Origin: Raja brachyura
Lineage: Eukaryota
DNA: 64,000 nucleotides
NCBI GenBank assembly: GCA_963514005.1
Contig: OY740816.1
Coordinates: 15,748,001-15,812,000 of the forward strand
Direction of reading: 5' to 3'
The notes below the pieces were generated by a model. The model was not told the DNA's origin. It saw nothing but the letters and a program-made list of their open reading frames with translations, and did not search any database. Position 1 is the stretch's first letter. Every line of letters begins with the position of its first letter. Shown here one piece after another: positions 37,801-48,942 of the stretch. A program made the translations under genes and the position numbers.

Positions 37801-38289
37801 TTAATTTCTTGACATGAGTCACTTTGTATTCACTAGCCAAAGATTGTGGTTGATCATGTACAACTGGTTCAGCTCATATCTTTAATACCTAGACTAGCCT
37901 ACTGGGGTCCAAGGACTTATTAGGAGGGGTGTGGGGGGGGGGGGGGGGGGGCGGGGGGGGTCTGTTGTACGGCCAAGGCAACGGGTTATCATTCTGGCAT
38001 GGGTCATTTTGTATTTCACTGGCTGTGATTGATCATATAAACCTGATTTTAGCTGGTACCTTTAATATCTAGAAGATAATTGTTCTGTCACATGTAAATT
38101 TAAATTCTCCAAGCTATGGTAGATAATTGAAACTTGGTTCAAACTGGTACCCACAATATCTAGGCTAGCCTAGTTGGACAGCATGTCTGGGGTGTCTATT
38201 TTGGGGGTGTCTGGTACCTGTAGTGGAGCGGACTATTTGTCTGGCGTAACCCATTTTGTAATCTGAATTCAACTTGTTTAGTTGGCATT
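34802..38289 (-). mobile_element. Long-TIR (Academ-like) transposon copy 2; longest internal region, right TIR truncated
   Basis: Starts TAGACCGTCAGG; remnant ORF 36361-36582; right TIR 37820-38289 is cut by a (taag)n-tailed fragment. Confidence 0.75.
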
Positions 38290-38354
38290 GAGTAAGTAAG
38301 TAAGTAAGTTTATTGGCCAAGTATTCACATACAAGGAATTTAAATTGTTTTTGA

Positions 38355-39980
38355 GTTGAAGACCTCCTTATCTTTGAAGAACATATGAGCGGAACTTATT
38401 TGGTTTTGGCTGCAGTTTCCCATGTTGTACTTCAATGTGCCGTGTAAGATCTGGGTCTGAATTCCATATAACCTAACCACTTCTGTTTCTGTTTCTGCCA
38501 GCTAGATCTCACGGTTACCTGCCATTTTAATTCCTCTTTCATTTCCCACGGAGACCCTTTGCCCTTCGGTCTCATTCACTGCCAAGGTCAGTCAAAACGC
38601 AAACGAGAGGAATATCACATCATTTTCCACATGGGTACCTGCAAACTATCGGCGGGGAATTATCAATTCTCCAATTTCAGCTAATGCCCACCCCCGGTGT
38701 TCCTTTCCATCTCCTCCTATCTATCCCCGTTCTCTCACACCAACTATTTTTATCACAATGCGCCAGACCTCGATCACCCTATCTTCTGCCCCGTACCCTA
38801 TGTGCCCATTTCGTACCTACACACTCCACCCATTGGATTCACTCGCCGTCACTTCTTACCAACTCCTTCTATTTGTTCTTACTATCTGTCCACCACCCCC
38901 ATTCATCGGCTTCACTCTGCCGCTTCATTTCGTATCAGGTTCGGAATCTGCACCCGTTGGTTCTTCACTTGCCACCTCCCGGTCTCTGCTGCTATCTTCA
39001 CCCTTCTTACCTCGTCTCTACCAGTCAAGCCCTCGTCTCTACCAGTCAAGCCCTCTTCACCTGTATCCATCTATTGCATGCTAGCTCTTGCCCCACAACT
39101 CACCTCCCTATCTATACGACCTGCTTCCCCTCGGCTCATTGACAAGTTGAAGTATCTGCATCCGAATCCCCGTTTCCCTCCACAGATGCGGCCCGACCAG
39201 CTCCATTTCTCCAGCAGCTCTACTTTATTGCTTTCATCATTTGCAGTGTCATGTTGCACAAATTCTGCTTCATGCCGTTGGGCCCCAGTGGCACTATCAT
39301 AGTTCCAGACCTGAAGGGTCAATACACCTTCCCGCAAAGATGTGCTTCCACATAATGTCAGTATAAAACGCCAGAGGAGATCCTTTCCCTGTGGCTACCA
39401 ATCTATACAACTCCTCCCCCTTCTGTCGTGGGGTACACTGACTCCTCTGACCCCATCCCCACCCCCTCCCAAATCTTTGCACATCCCCAATCCTTTCCAC
39501 CCATCAATTTATTTTCATGTATATTATGTTTTATGTCTGTTGTCAGATCAATTTCCCTCCTGGGATAAATAAATTTCCATCGTATCGTGAAAATATGTGC
39601 ATTTATTTGCCGATTTCCCGTTGAAGGTGGGTGGAGTTCAGCTGTGGTTATCAGTTGGAAGGACTTTTGTCCTGAAATGAATTGTAAGAAATAACGAGGG
39701 AAGTGCACTATTTTGACATCCATCTATTTCTAAGCCTTGAGTATTTCCCGCAAATATGTGCTTCCACATAATATCATAAAGTAACACAGCGTGGAACTTG
39801 TCTCCTTGACCCAGTTTGTCCATGCCGACCAAGATGGTGGAATCTCCCCGCATTTGGCCCATATATTATCCAGACGTTTTCCCATCAATGTTCCTGTCCA
39901 AATGTCTTTTAAATGTTGTTATTGCACCGGCCTCGACTACTGTCAGCTGGTTCCACATACCATCCACTCTGGCATGAACA
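38355..39980 (+). repeat. Block X copy 3 (partial, internally rearranged)
   Basis: Matches 23222-24210, then 25155-25565, then 24180-24405. Confidence 0.8.
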
Positions 39981-39983
39981 ACA

Positions 39984-42900
39984 TGAATCCCAGTGCGCTG
40001 CCTGGTGATGAACAAAACAGAGATAGTTTCAGCCGGAAAGCTGAAACAAGCGGTTTGATTGGGGATGTAGCCATTGTAGTTACTAATGTATGGTTTGACC
40101 TATCAGTATACGACGCAAATTAAAGATTTTCCACTAAATCTCGGTACACCTGAGAACAATCAACCACCCCATGCCAGAGTTTCCAATATTCCAGTAAATG
40201 AACGGATCTGCATCGCACATTCACAGTCACAGACAACGGTGGATGTAACTGGGAGGTGAATAAGGTAAACTGCGAGGAGGAAGGTGGAAGACGTATGAAT
40301 GCAGACCTAGTCATCTCTCTTTCCCTCTGTCCGTTTAGATCACTTCCATTCGTCGGGCGAAGGAGCCAAGATGTTTGTTTTGGGCAATTTTTTGATCTTT
40401 GTGCAGAGGACAACATTGAAGTCTTCTGCCACTTGTCCAAGTTTAAACGATAAAACGTTTGGCGTCTTTCTGACTGGTCGATTGCCACTCGTACGTTCAA
40501 CAGCGATTTTCGAGGTATTAGGCGGGTGGGATCAGATTTAGAAAATCCCACCCAACCCCCAAATATCAGGGTCTAAACTTCACCCTGGAACATGACCTGC
40601 TTCAGGGCTTTTGGCTGTTTTTATGGCCTTGGCTGTCCTTTCTACCTCTCTGCACTGATTGTGTGAACCTGCTGAAAATTAAAACAAAAGTAATAGGAAG
40701 TTCTGGAAATTATGGCCACCTCAGTTCGGTTTCCACTAGGACAGATGGAGGGTGTATTTACTGGGACAGTATTTCGGATCATTGAGAACCATCGTCAGTT
40801 TAGTTGTGAAGGAAGAGTGAGAGAACAACTGTGCAATGGTGTTTGAAACGTGTTGCGCCTTTTGGCTGTTGCTGTTCTAGGACGTATCGCGGAAGGCCAC
40901 GTTGCATCCAATATATTTAATCCCGCTTTCGTCACGAAATGGAGAAAGACACTTGTATGCAGCGAATGTTACGGGACCTGCCAAATTCTAAGCAGTATTG
41001 GCGGTGATGTCAGAGGGTTAGTACGGGTGTCCGGGTTACAATTATGAGGAGAAGAGAGGAGAATGGGGTTAGGTGGGAGACCTAGATCAGTCATGATTCA
41101 ATGGCGGAGTGGCGTTGATGGGCCGAATGGCCTAATTCTGCTCCTGAAACTTGCGAGTATGACCTCAGTGACAATGAAGCTTTGCTCAATAAAGAGGGTG
41201 CACACAAACCATTCGATTGCAGGCCGCCAGTTTAATCTAGGACGATGTAGACTTTACTGAAACATTAATCTGGGGTAAACATAAATCTCGGACAATGTTA
41301 ATAATTATTAGAGAAAATGAAGCAATAGAGGCAAAGCAACGTGGATTAACTAAGAACACATTCCGTTTAAACATATTATAGGTCTTTCTCGATAAGACCG
41401 CAGATAAGGTGGATGAGGCCAAAGGCAGTCGCTGTGTTGTATATAATCCATGATGATAACACGTTGTATGAGGGCGAGTTGGGGACTCGGGGCTACAAAC
41501 ATAGAATCATATCATATTATGAGGACTCCGAAATTTATCATTAAAAGGTTAATAATGTCTTTCTAGGGAATCCGTACAGGATGGATCACCAAGCCCAAGG
41601 AGGGTTTGATGAAACTTCACCGTTCAATTGTGGCTGAGGGTGAAGGGCCAGTGGCAGAAATCAAAATGTGCTGACGTGCCAATCCTCTTGTCCAAGGGAG
41701 TATTTGGTCAGCTTGAGCTCTGGAGACGATGGTCCGTCTTGCCGGGGAAAACATCTAGGACAACTCTGGAGTCACCTTTTCACCGGCCTCCAATTGCTTA
41801 TGAGTGTGTACACGTCCACCGAAATGCACTTAATTAAAAATACATGTGAGATAGGAATATATGACTTAGTGAACGGGCCCCATGATTCAACCGATTTCCG
41901 CTTGAACCCATCAAAAAATCACACGTGAGCACTTTTCGTGGATATCAGCAACACGCATTTAATTTCTTGACTTTGCCACGAAATATCGAAAGCACGACAC
42001 GAAGAACCAGAAGCCGCATCTTGCGATGTGTGCTTCATAAACATGAAAATCTTGCAGCTAAATCAACAAGGAGCAATAGGGTAATAATTTAAACCTTTCG
42101 GGGTTGCGCAATTATGAGAACAACGGAGACAGATTTCAGCCTGAAAACAAAGAAACCAGTGGTTTAATTATTATTGTAGTTATTTTAGATACTAATTTCT
42201 GGGTTGATTCATTTAGATAGCACCTAACATAAAGTTTTACGCCGGTACACATGACAATTATAAACCAATCGATACCAAGAGCTTGGTATGTTCCAATGGG
42301 TAGGCGGATAAACATTGCATATTCACATTAGTTTAGTTTAGCGATACAGCGCGGAAACAGGCCCGTCGGCTCACCGACTCCGCACTGACCAACGATCCCC
42401 GCGCATTAACACTACCCTACATCCTTTGGGGAAAATGTACATTTATATCAAGTCAATTAACCTACACAACGAAGATCTCGGAGAAAACCCACGCAAGTCA
42501 TGGGGAGAACGCACACACTCGGAACAGACAAGCAAGCGAGGTCGGGATCGAACCCGGGTCTCTGGCACTCTGAGGCGTAGATGGTGCAAGGGATTTGACA
42601 AGGTTCGGCGTGGTAAGCTGATTGCACGAGATCGAGGGAGAGCTAGCCGAAATATATGGAGAATTGGCTTCATGGACGAACTGAAATTGAATACATAATC
42701 AATGGCATAGAAAAGTCAATCGCTGGTTGGAAGTACACAACTCTGACGGTCGAATGAAACATAGGCATCCGCACACAGAGACACACGAGCCCGCGCGCCG
42801 CGCACACAAACACAGACACACACGAACACACACACTCACGCACATTTCTAAGGGATGCAGAATAGAAGGCAGCGACGACATAGGTGAAATGGAATTCTTA

Positions 42901-43128
42901 AACCAATGGTTAAACCAAAACCACTTCAGTGATGGGAGGGTTGTGTATAGCGATCGCACTACTCAGTATTAATGATCTCCAGCATTTTGATGTTCGATCT
43001 AACTCCTCTCAGTCAAAGGAGTTAGGAGTATTACATCAACCTGAATCTTGGGCATGGTGGACAGCGTTGAAGAAATTAGCAGCTAACTTGATTTAATGAT
43101 GAACCTTACATCTGGCGCCCGACAAACA
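39984..43128 (+). repeat. Segmental duplication block Y, copy 1 (upstream region of gene C)
   Basis: Collinear with 60300-63413, including the SINE and the (CA)n tract. Confidence 0.9.
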
Positions 43129-43272
43129 GTGAATCTCTACGCGTCCACAGAGACGTGAAGAACATCCCTCCAGTCGCAGACGGTATTTTGGGCGGGAATC
43201 TCTCTCTCATACTAGGACCCTTCAGTTCATACCACTCCAGTGTTGAAAAACATTCCATTTCAAAAGCAGTTG

Positions 43273-43296
43273 CACTTCCTGAATTAAGCGGAAGTG
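43273..43296. promoter_or_regulatory. Inverted pair of ETS/PU.1-type sites upstream of gene C
   Basis: CACTTCC-tgaattaagc-GGAAGTG, ~130-150 nt upstream of the ATG; aagcGGAAGTG resembles the PU.1 consensus. Confidence 0.45.
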
Positions 43297-43425
43297 ATTT
43301 GGAATTGTGAATTTCATCAAGTCATCTGACCATTAGTATCGCGTAACCTTGTGAGAGGCGCAGATTATTTACTATAATTCGACCGCGCATGTTCTTCAAA
43401 GACTAGAAGGTCTTCAAGCTGAAAA

Positions 43426-46400
43426 ATGGAGCAGATGGACTATTATGCAGACGTTGATGTAGTTTCGCGCAATGAACAGAATAGAGACGGCTGCCGGCCG
43501 GGAAAGCTGAAGACAGGTGGACTCCTTGTTGTTTTGTCTTTATTCTGTTCCAGTGATGGAGTTGGCATTCAGTTTCAAAGGGAGAGATGGGGGATGATTA
43601 TTCTCTATTTTAATCTAACATAAGCGCGTGCCATTATCGGTACTTTGGGATGCAGTGTCAAGAATGTGCAACACCTCTATTCCCCATCGAGTTGAGATAT
43701 CTTTCCTGCTGTGGGTTCCGATATTGACGAATTGGGTGTTGGACAGTTGACAAATCCCGGTATTAGCAAAACACAAGGCTGTTTTGCCCCGTGCTCCGGA
43801 GTAAACAAGGAAATACATTCCGATTTGTTTCTACTGATGTTTTCCTCTCCTACTTTATGAGATGTCCTTCATTGCACTTTGCAGACCGTGGCACGAAAGC
43901 GGAGGACCGTAACCGACACAGACTGTCCGCCCCGGTCGTCTACTCTCTCCTGGGACTCAGCATGCTGTTATCGGCTGCGGCTCTCTGCGTTGCAGTTATT
44001 TTGTGTAAGTTGTGAAAAAAAAGCTCTAAAACGTGAGGCTTGTCTTATTCGATAAAATATAAAATCTAACGACGTGACGGGCACAAATGTGCATCTAATT
44101 ATTTGATTGGAAATTGCTGGGACAACCTTCGTGGTTCCGATATTAATTGAGGGGCAGGGGCGGGAGCGTGTGCAGTGAGCTGAACCACATCAGGGGAATA
44201 TGAGAATTAAGCTAATTGTGTCTGTGGGAGGCTTCTCCACTCGAAAGTGCTGTTAATTTTGTGTTTTCCATGCCTTTTTGCAGTTGGAGCCGTGATAAAA
44301 ATACATCTCGGATTAAAAAGCCCGGAGCAAGGTATATTTTGAATTGAGTTGAAAGATGCGCAAAATTCTAAAGTGGGTCATCACTTTCATGGACTGAACC
44401 CCCCTCCCCTCCCCCCAAACCTCTCCCCCCGTTGATTCGTGTTTCTTGTGATACGCACCTAGTCTGTAAGAAGCCGGATGATAACGTTTCTAAGCAAGGA
44501 GAAAAAGGAACTTGCCCGAGTATTTAATAAAGTGTTAGTTCGAAAATATCACTTCACAAGCAGCACGCACAAACCCAAATCACCACTTCTCGCAATATGT
44601 GTCCCCAGTAACGGAAAACCAGTGTGTAGGAATGAACTGCAGATGCTGGTTTAAACCGAAGATAAGCACAAAACGCTGGAGTAACTCAGCGGGACTAGCA
44701 GCATCTTAGGACAGAAGGAATGGGTGGCGTTTCGGGTCGAGACCCTTCTTCAGACTAGTTAGGGGAAAGGGAAACGAGAGATCAAGTTCAAGTTCAAGTG
44801 AGTTTATTGTCATGTTGATTAGCCTTGGATATAAAGATGAGGATGTGGATAGATGGAGAAGATCAGTGGGGAAGATCGGTGCTGGAGGTGACGTGTTCGT
44901 TTCTATGCCGCATGAATTACGTCTAGGCTTGTAGCAGAGGCGAATGGTCCTGAGATAATACACGTTACTGACTTGGGATTCAAAAGTCAGGGACGAGTGT
45001 GAGGTGCAAACGATAGGGAAAAGTAAGAGAAGGGCGACGGATGGAAGTGGGAGAGGGGGTAGAAGGATGTGGGATTGGGAATCGGTGGTGAGTGAGTGCG
45101 AGGGTGGAAACGGGTAAGATGGACCAGGACAGTTGGATAAGAACACGGAGTAAGTGAGCCACTAAAGGGTAAATTGCGAGTAATTGCTCCACTGGCGAAC
45201 AGTTTTATTAGGCAGCCAATCTACCGCTGCGCCATCGTGCCGTCCTGCTTTATATTATGTAAAACGTTGATCTAAACTGGCCCTGGTTTTGTCCGGATGA
45301 TTGTCTCGATAATTGCAACTGGAAGAGTGGTGAAGGTTTTTTACCCTCGCCTCGATCATCCAGATATGGCCGGAAATATTCCCGTCTGAAGCGGACTCCT
45401 CTGACATTTACCTCAACATCTTCACAGATGTGCATTCTTGTCCCGAGCAATGGACCAAGTTCCAGCAAAGCTGCTATAACTTTTCCTCAAGCTCAAAGAC
45501 CTGGGTGGAGGCCCAAAGATCCTGTGCATCAGCCGCCGCCCACCTTGTTGTCATTAATAATGCTGAAGAACAGGTAGGATTTCTTCTGTGATACCTGCAG
45601 AAAACGTTCCCTGCTAAGTGATACTTTCGATCCACTACGAAATCGTGTTGCTATTCCTACTAGAAATTGAAATAATGTTTGACCCGGACAGTTTGTCTTC
45701 ACATGCAGGATAGTCTGAGCGCAATCACACACCACTTGTGTTTTCATGGAAATATCACCTGTTTCTTTGTATCGCATGAAATAGCGGTAGACATCTGGAT
45801 CTGGATCTGGATCTGGGTGTAATACGCTGAAAAGCTCTAGGTGGAGGACCACTCAGCACTATGATGGTGGTGGACGTGCTAGTTGAGATGAAGATGCTTT
45901 TGGAGATGCATATTTGTATGTGTTGATGTTTTGGGGATCTCTGATGCTGGCTGGTAGGGTATTCCAATCCCTTGCTTCTTGAAGAAAAGCGAATTGGAAA
46001 GTGTTAATGTGCGGAATGAAATAATTTCCAGGTTGGTAGCTTCTGGTTGACATGCCGATGGGTGCTTGGATTAACTGGATGTGGTCCTCCATCTTTAAAT
46101 CAAAGTTGGTATTCTTGATCTTGTGGAATGTTGTCAGTCTGATGAACTTGCGTCGAGTAGTAGGTGGATGAGGTTTAAGGTCCTTTATCAAGCTGGAGAC
46201 TGAGCTCTGCCACTTGTAGTTGTAAGATATGAACCTTCCTGCTCTGTTTTGCTGGTATTCAAATGACCAGGCTGAGCAACAAGGCACAGCAGGTAGCCCC
46301 AGTAGCAGGGGTTTGGTGTGGGAGGGTCTTGCTGTGTGTGTGGTTGTTGTAGACCGGTTGCGGGCCGTGTCCTACGAGTTAACCTCCAAAGGCAGAAAGA

Positions 46401-47209
46401 GCTTTCCGTACACAAGCACCGCCATAAAGACCTCGTCAATGTCCTGCATGATATTCAGGGCATCAGCTTTGCAACCAGGACATGTAAACATGGAAAATGC
46501 AAAACACATATCCCTCTCACCCTATACCGGCATTTAATTTCTCTAGTTGTTAATAAATAGATGAGCGTTATAGAGCAGGATAAATCTTACACGGGGTTGT
46601 ACATACAAGTAATACAGTACTGTCACCAGCTATTGTTTCCACATATACTGAAATCCTTCCGTTTACATGACAGGGCTTTTTGAAGAAACATGTTGATGTC
46701 ATTCGGTGGATTGGCCTGAGTGATTCGGCCTCTGAAGGTGACTGGCGCTGGGTAGATGGAACCGATTATATTTCCTCTGTAAAGTGAGTTTCTTTCCTTA
46801 TATCTCCTTAAAATTCCTTCGCAATTCTAATCCTTTTTGATGGGCCAAATGGCCAAATTCTACTCATATTCCTAATGACCTTGTGATCAAAGGCAGTGAT
46901 CGAAATGCTGAAATAGACAACGAAACGCCTTTGTGAGATTACCGTCAGCAGACGGAATTCATAATAGCATCTAAACATTTTATAAGAAATACAGGTGAAG
47001 CTAGCGGCACTACAGGCTGTTAAGATCGAAGTAGGAATCCTTGTAACATTTTTATTTTCCATGTTCTATTTTATTATAGGTTCTGGGGTGTGGGAGAACC
47101 CAATAACAAGAGAGTGGAACGCTGTGTGGAAATGCTTGGTGTTGGACGTTGGAATGATCAAGAGTGCAGCGATTTACAGAGGTGGATCTGTGAGAAACCA
47201 GCAGAGTGA
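43426..47209 (+). CDS. C-type lectin gene C (CD209/CLEC4-like, EPN mannose-type), 6 exons, 214 aa
   Basis: join(43426-43516, 43885-44004, 44284-44331, 45428-45573, 46674-46783, 47080-47209) = 645 nt, all GT-AG and in frame. MEQMDYYADV...TM...CPEQW..FQQSCY...WIGL...FWGVGEPNN...C...WND..C...WICEKPAE*. Confidence 0.92.
44625..44790 (-). mobile_element. Penelope terminal-repeat fragment with hammerhead motif (44724-44756)
   Basis: gaactgcagatgctggtttaaaccgaagat...; the minus strand reads CTGAAGAAGGGTCTCGACCCGAAACGCC. Confidence 0.75.
45793..46530 (-). mobile_element. Non-LTR retroelement 3' fragment (CR1/L2-group, distinct family) in gene C intron 4
   Basis: RAGRFI...SSVSSLIKDL...RR..IRL..FHKI...RDWNTLP C-terminal motifs; (CCAGAT)4 tail. 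Confidence 0.6.
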
Positions 47210-48103
47210 TGTTCTCCTTGAATTCGAAGTTCATGCAAAATGTGCAATGAACCGGGTTGCAATGTTGAACATGTCGCAGGAATGTGATAGCAGTGTAGGA
47301 GGCCATTCTAAATACGTGGTCTTTGCTGACACTTTGCCGACATTTTGCAAAATGCTTTAGAACTTTTTCGCACCTTTTCTCCAGTAGCGCTCGCCAATAT
47401 TTGCCATCGTGTTCTGAGCAGATGCCATTTCCAAATCCTTTAGTTGTCATGTTTCAGCCACCCCCGCACCCAGCCTTACCAAGCCCATACCCTATGTGTA
47501 TCACTTTGAAATTAATCCCTGCTGATTCTTGGAGCATGCTGTAATGGACTAGCTTCAGTACATCAGCTCAATCAAAGCCACCAGAAGCCCATGTATGTCG
47601 ACTATGCGACCCCCAAACTACTCTCCCGTATATGTTGAGAGTTCGAAAGCGTCAGCAGCAGAAGCAGACTAATTGACTACCATCCCACTCTGGGCCGTCC
47701 GACAAGATGGTTCATTACAGTCCCCTTGGATCTCCAGCGCAACTACTCACAGGCTATGCCTTGTCCTTTAAAAATTCTCGAACAATTTTGGCTGTGCAAA
47801 TCTGACAAGTATAATCATGCCTTGTTTTGTAGCTGTAACTGAACCTCTGTAGGTACATTTTCTGTTCCCCAGCATGGAATGGATTTGAAAACATTATTCT
47901 TATAATACTTCCATAGGAACTTCAACTCTTTCGACAGTCCCCTCTTCGTAACCTCGTATTTTTCCTCCCCCACACACACTTCCAAAGTCCTCCCGGTTTC
48001 AGGGGCAATTTACTAAACTGTTTTGAAACTGCAGGATTGTTGTTTGGAACGTGTTTTTCTCTTTATCTTACACCGCTAAATAAATATCACATATGTGATC
48101 TTC

Positions 48104-48109
48104 AATAAA
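48104..48109 (+). terminator. Candidate polyadenylation signal of gene C
   Basis: AATAAA ~900 nt after the stop; a second AATAAA lies at ~48079. Confidence 0.35.
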
Positions 48110-48124
48110 CGCAATGTGTGGGAT

Positions 48125-48264
48125 NNNNNNNNNNNNNNNNNNNNNNNNNNNNNNNNNNNNNNNNNNNNNNNNNNNNNNNNNNNNNNNNNNNNNNNNNNNN
48201 NNNNNNNNNNNNNNNNNNNNNNNNNNNNNNNNNNNNNNNNNNNNNNNNNNNNNNNNNNNNNNNN
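48125..48264. other. Assembly gap (140 N)
   Basis: Run of n. Confidence 1.
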
Positions 48265-48942
48265 GTAATATTCGAGGCGGGAGATGGTGCTCGTGAATAT
48301 TTGCTTCACCGGGAAACGCAGTTATTACCCCAGATGGCGAGGAAAAATCATTGGCGGAACAGGTGTTGCACCTCCCGCACAGATAAGGCGAAGTGTGAGG
48401 TGCGGAGGAGTGGGTGTAGAGGGATCAGAGGGGTCGTAACGTCACGGACGAAATGGTCCCTGACTGAAGCGGAAATGTAGGGGGTTGGGAAGATGATGCT
48501 GGGGGTGGAATGTCATTGTAAATGGCAAACATGGCGACGATGCATGAGCATGGCCCCTCCCTCTATTCATATCCACACCTCCCAGAGCAGCAGGAGTCCC
48601 TCGAGAATACGTCGCTCTTCCCGTTAGGTTTCTTGACAGAATAAACGACACATTTACAGCTGTAATGACATCAAACCTCACGCAGGTAGAACCCAGAGCC
48701 TGCGTTAAGTAACCGGGCATGAGTAAAACTACCGATCCCCCGCCATCATTTAATTACATCATTCTTATATGCCGGATAGGTCTCCTGATGAAATTAAACT
48801 TACTTTCTATCCGCCATGACATCTCAGTCTGAAATTCCGCTGATTTACAGAAAGTTGCCTGTAAAGGGGAGCAATGAGTTGCCGAGTGGAATAGTTGAGG
48901 CAGGTAAAATAACAATATTTAATAGACATTTGCAGGAGGGGA

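Noticed and set aside
48076-48480. ORFs containing X runs
   Set aside because: Artefacts of the assembly gap.
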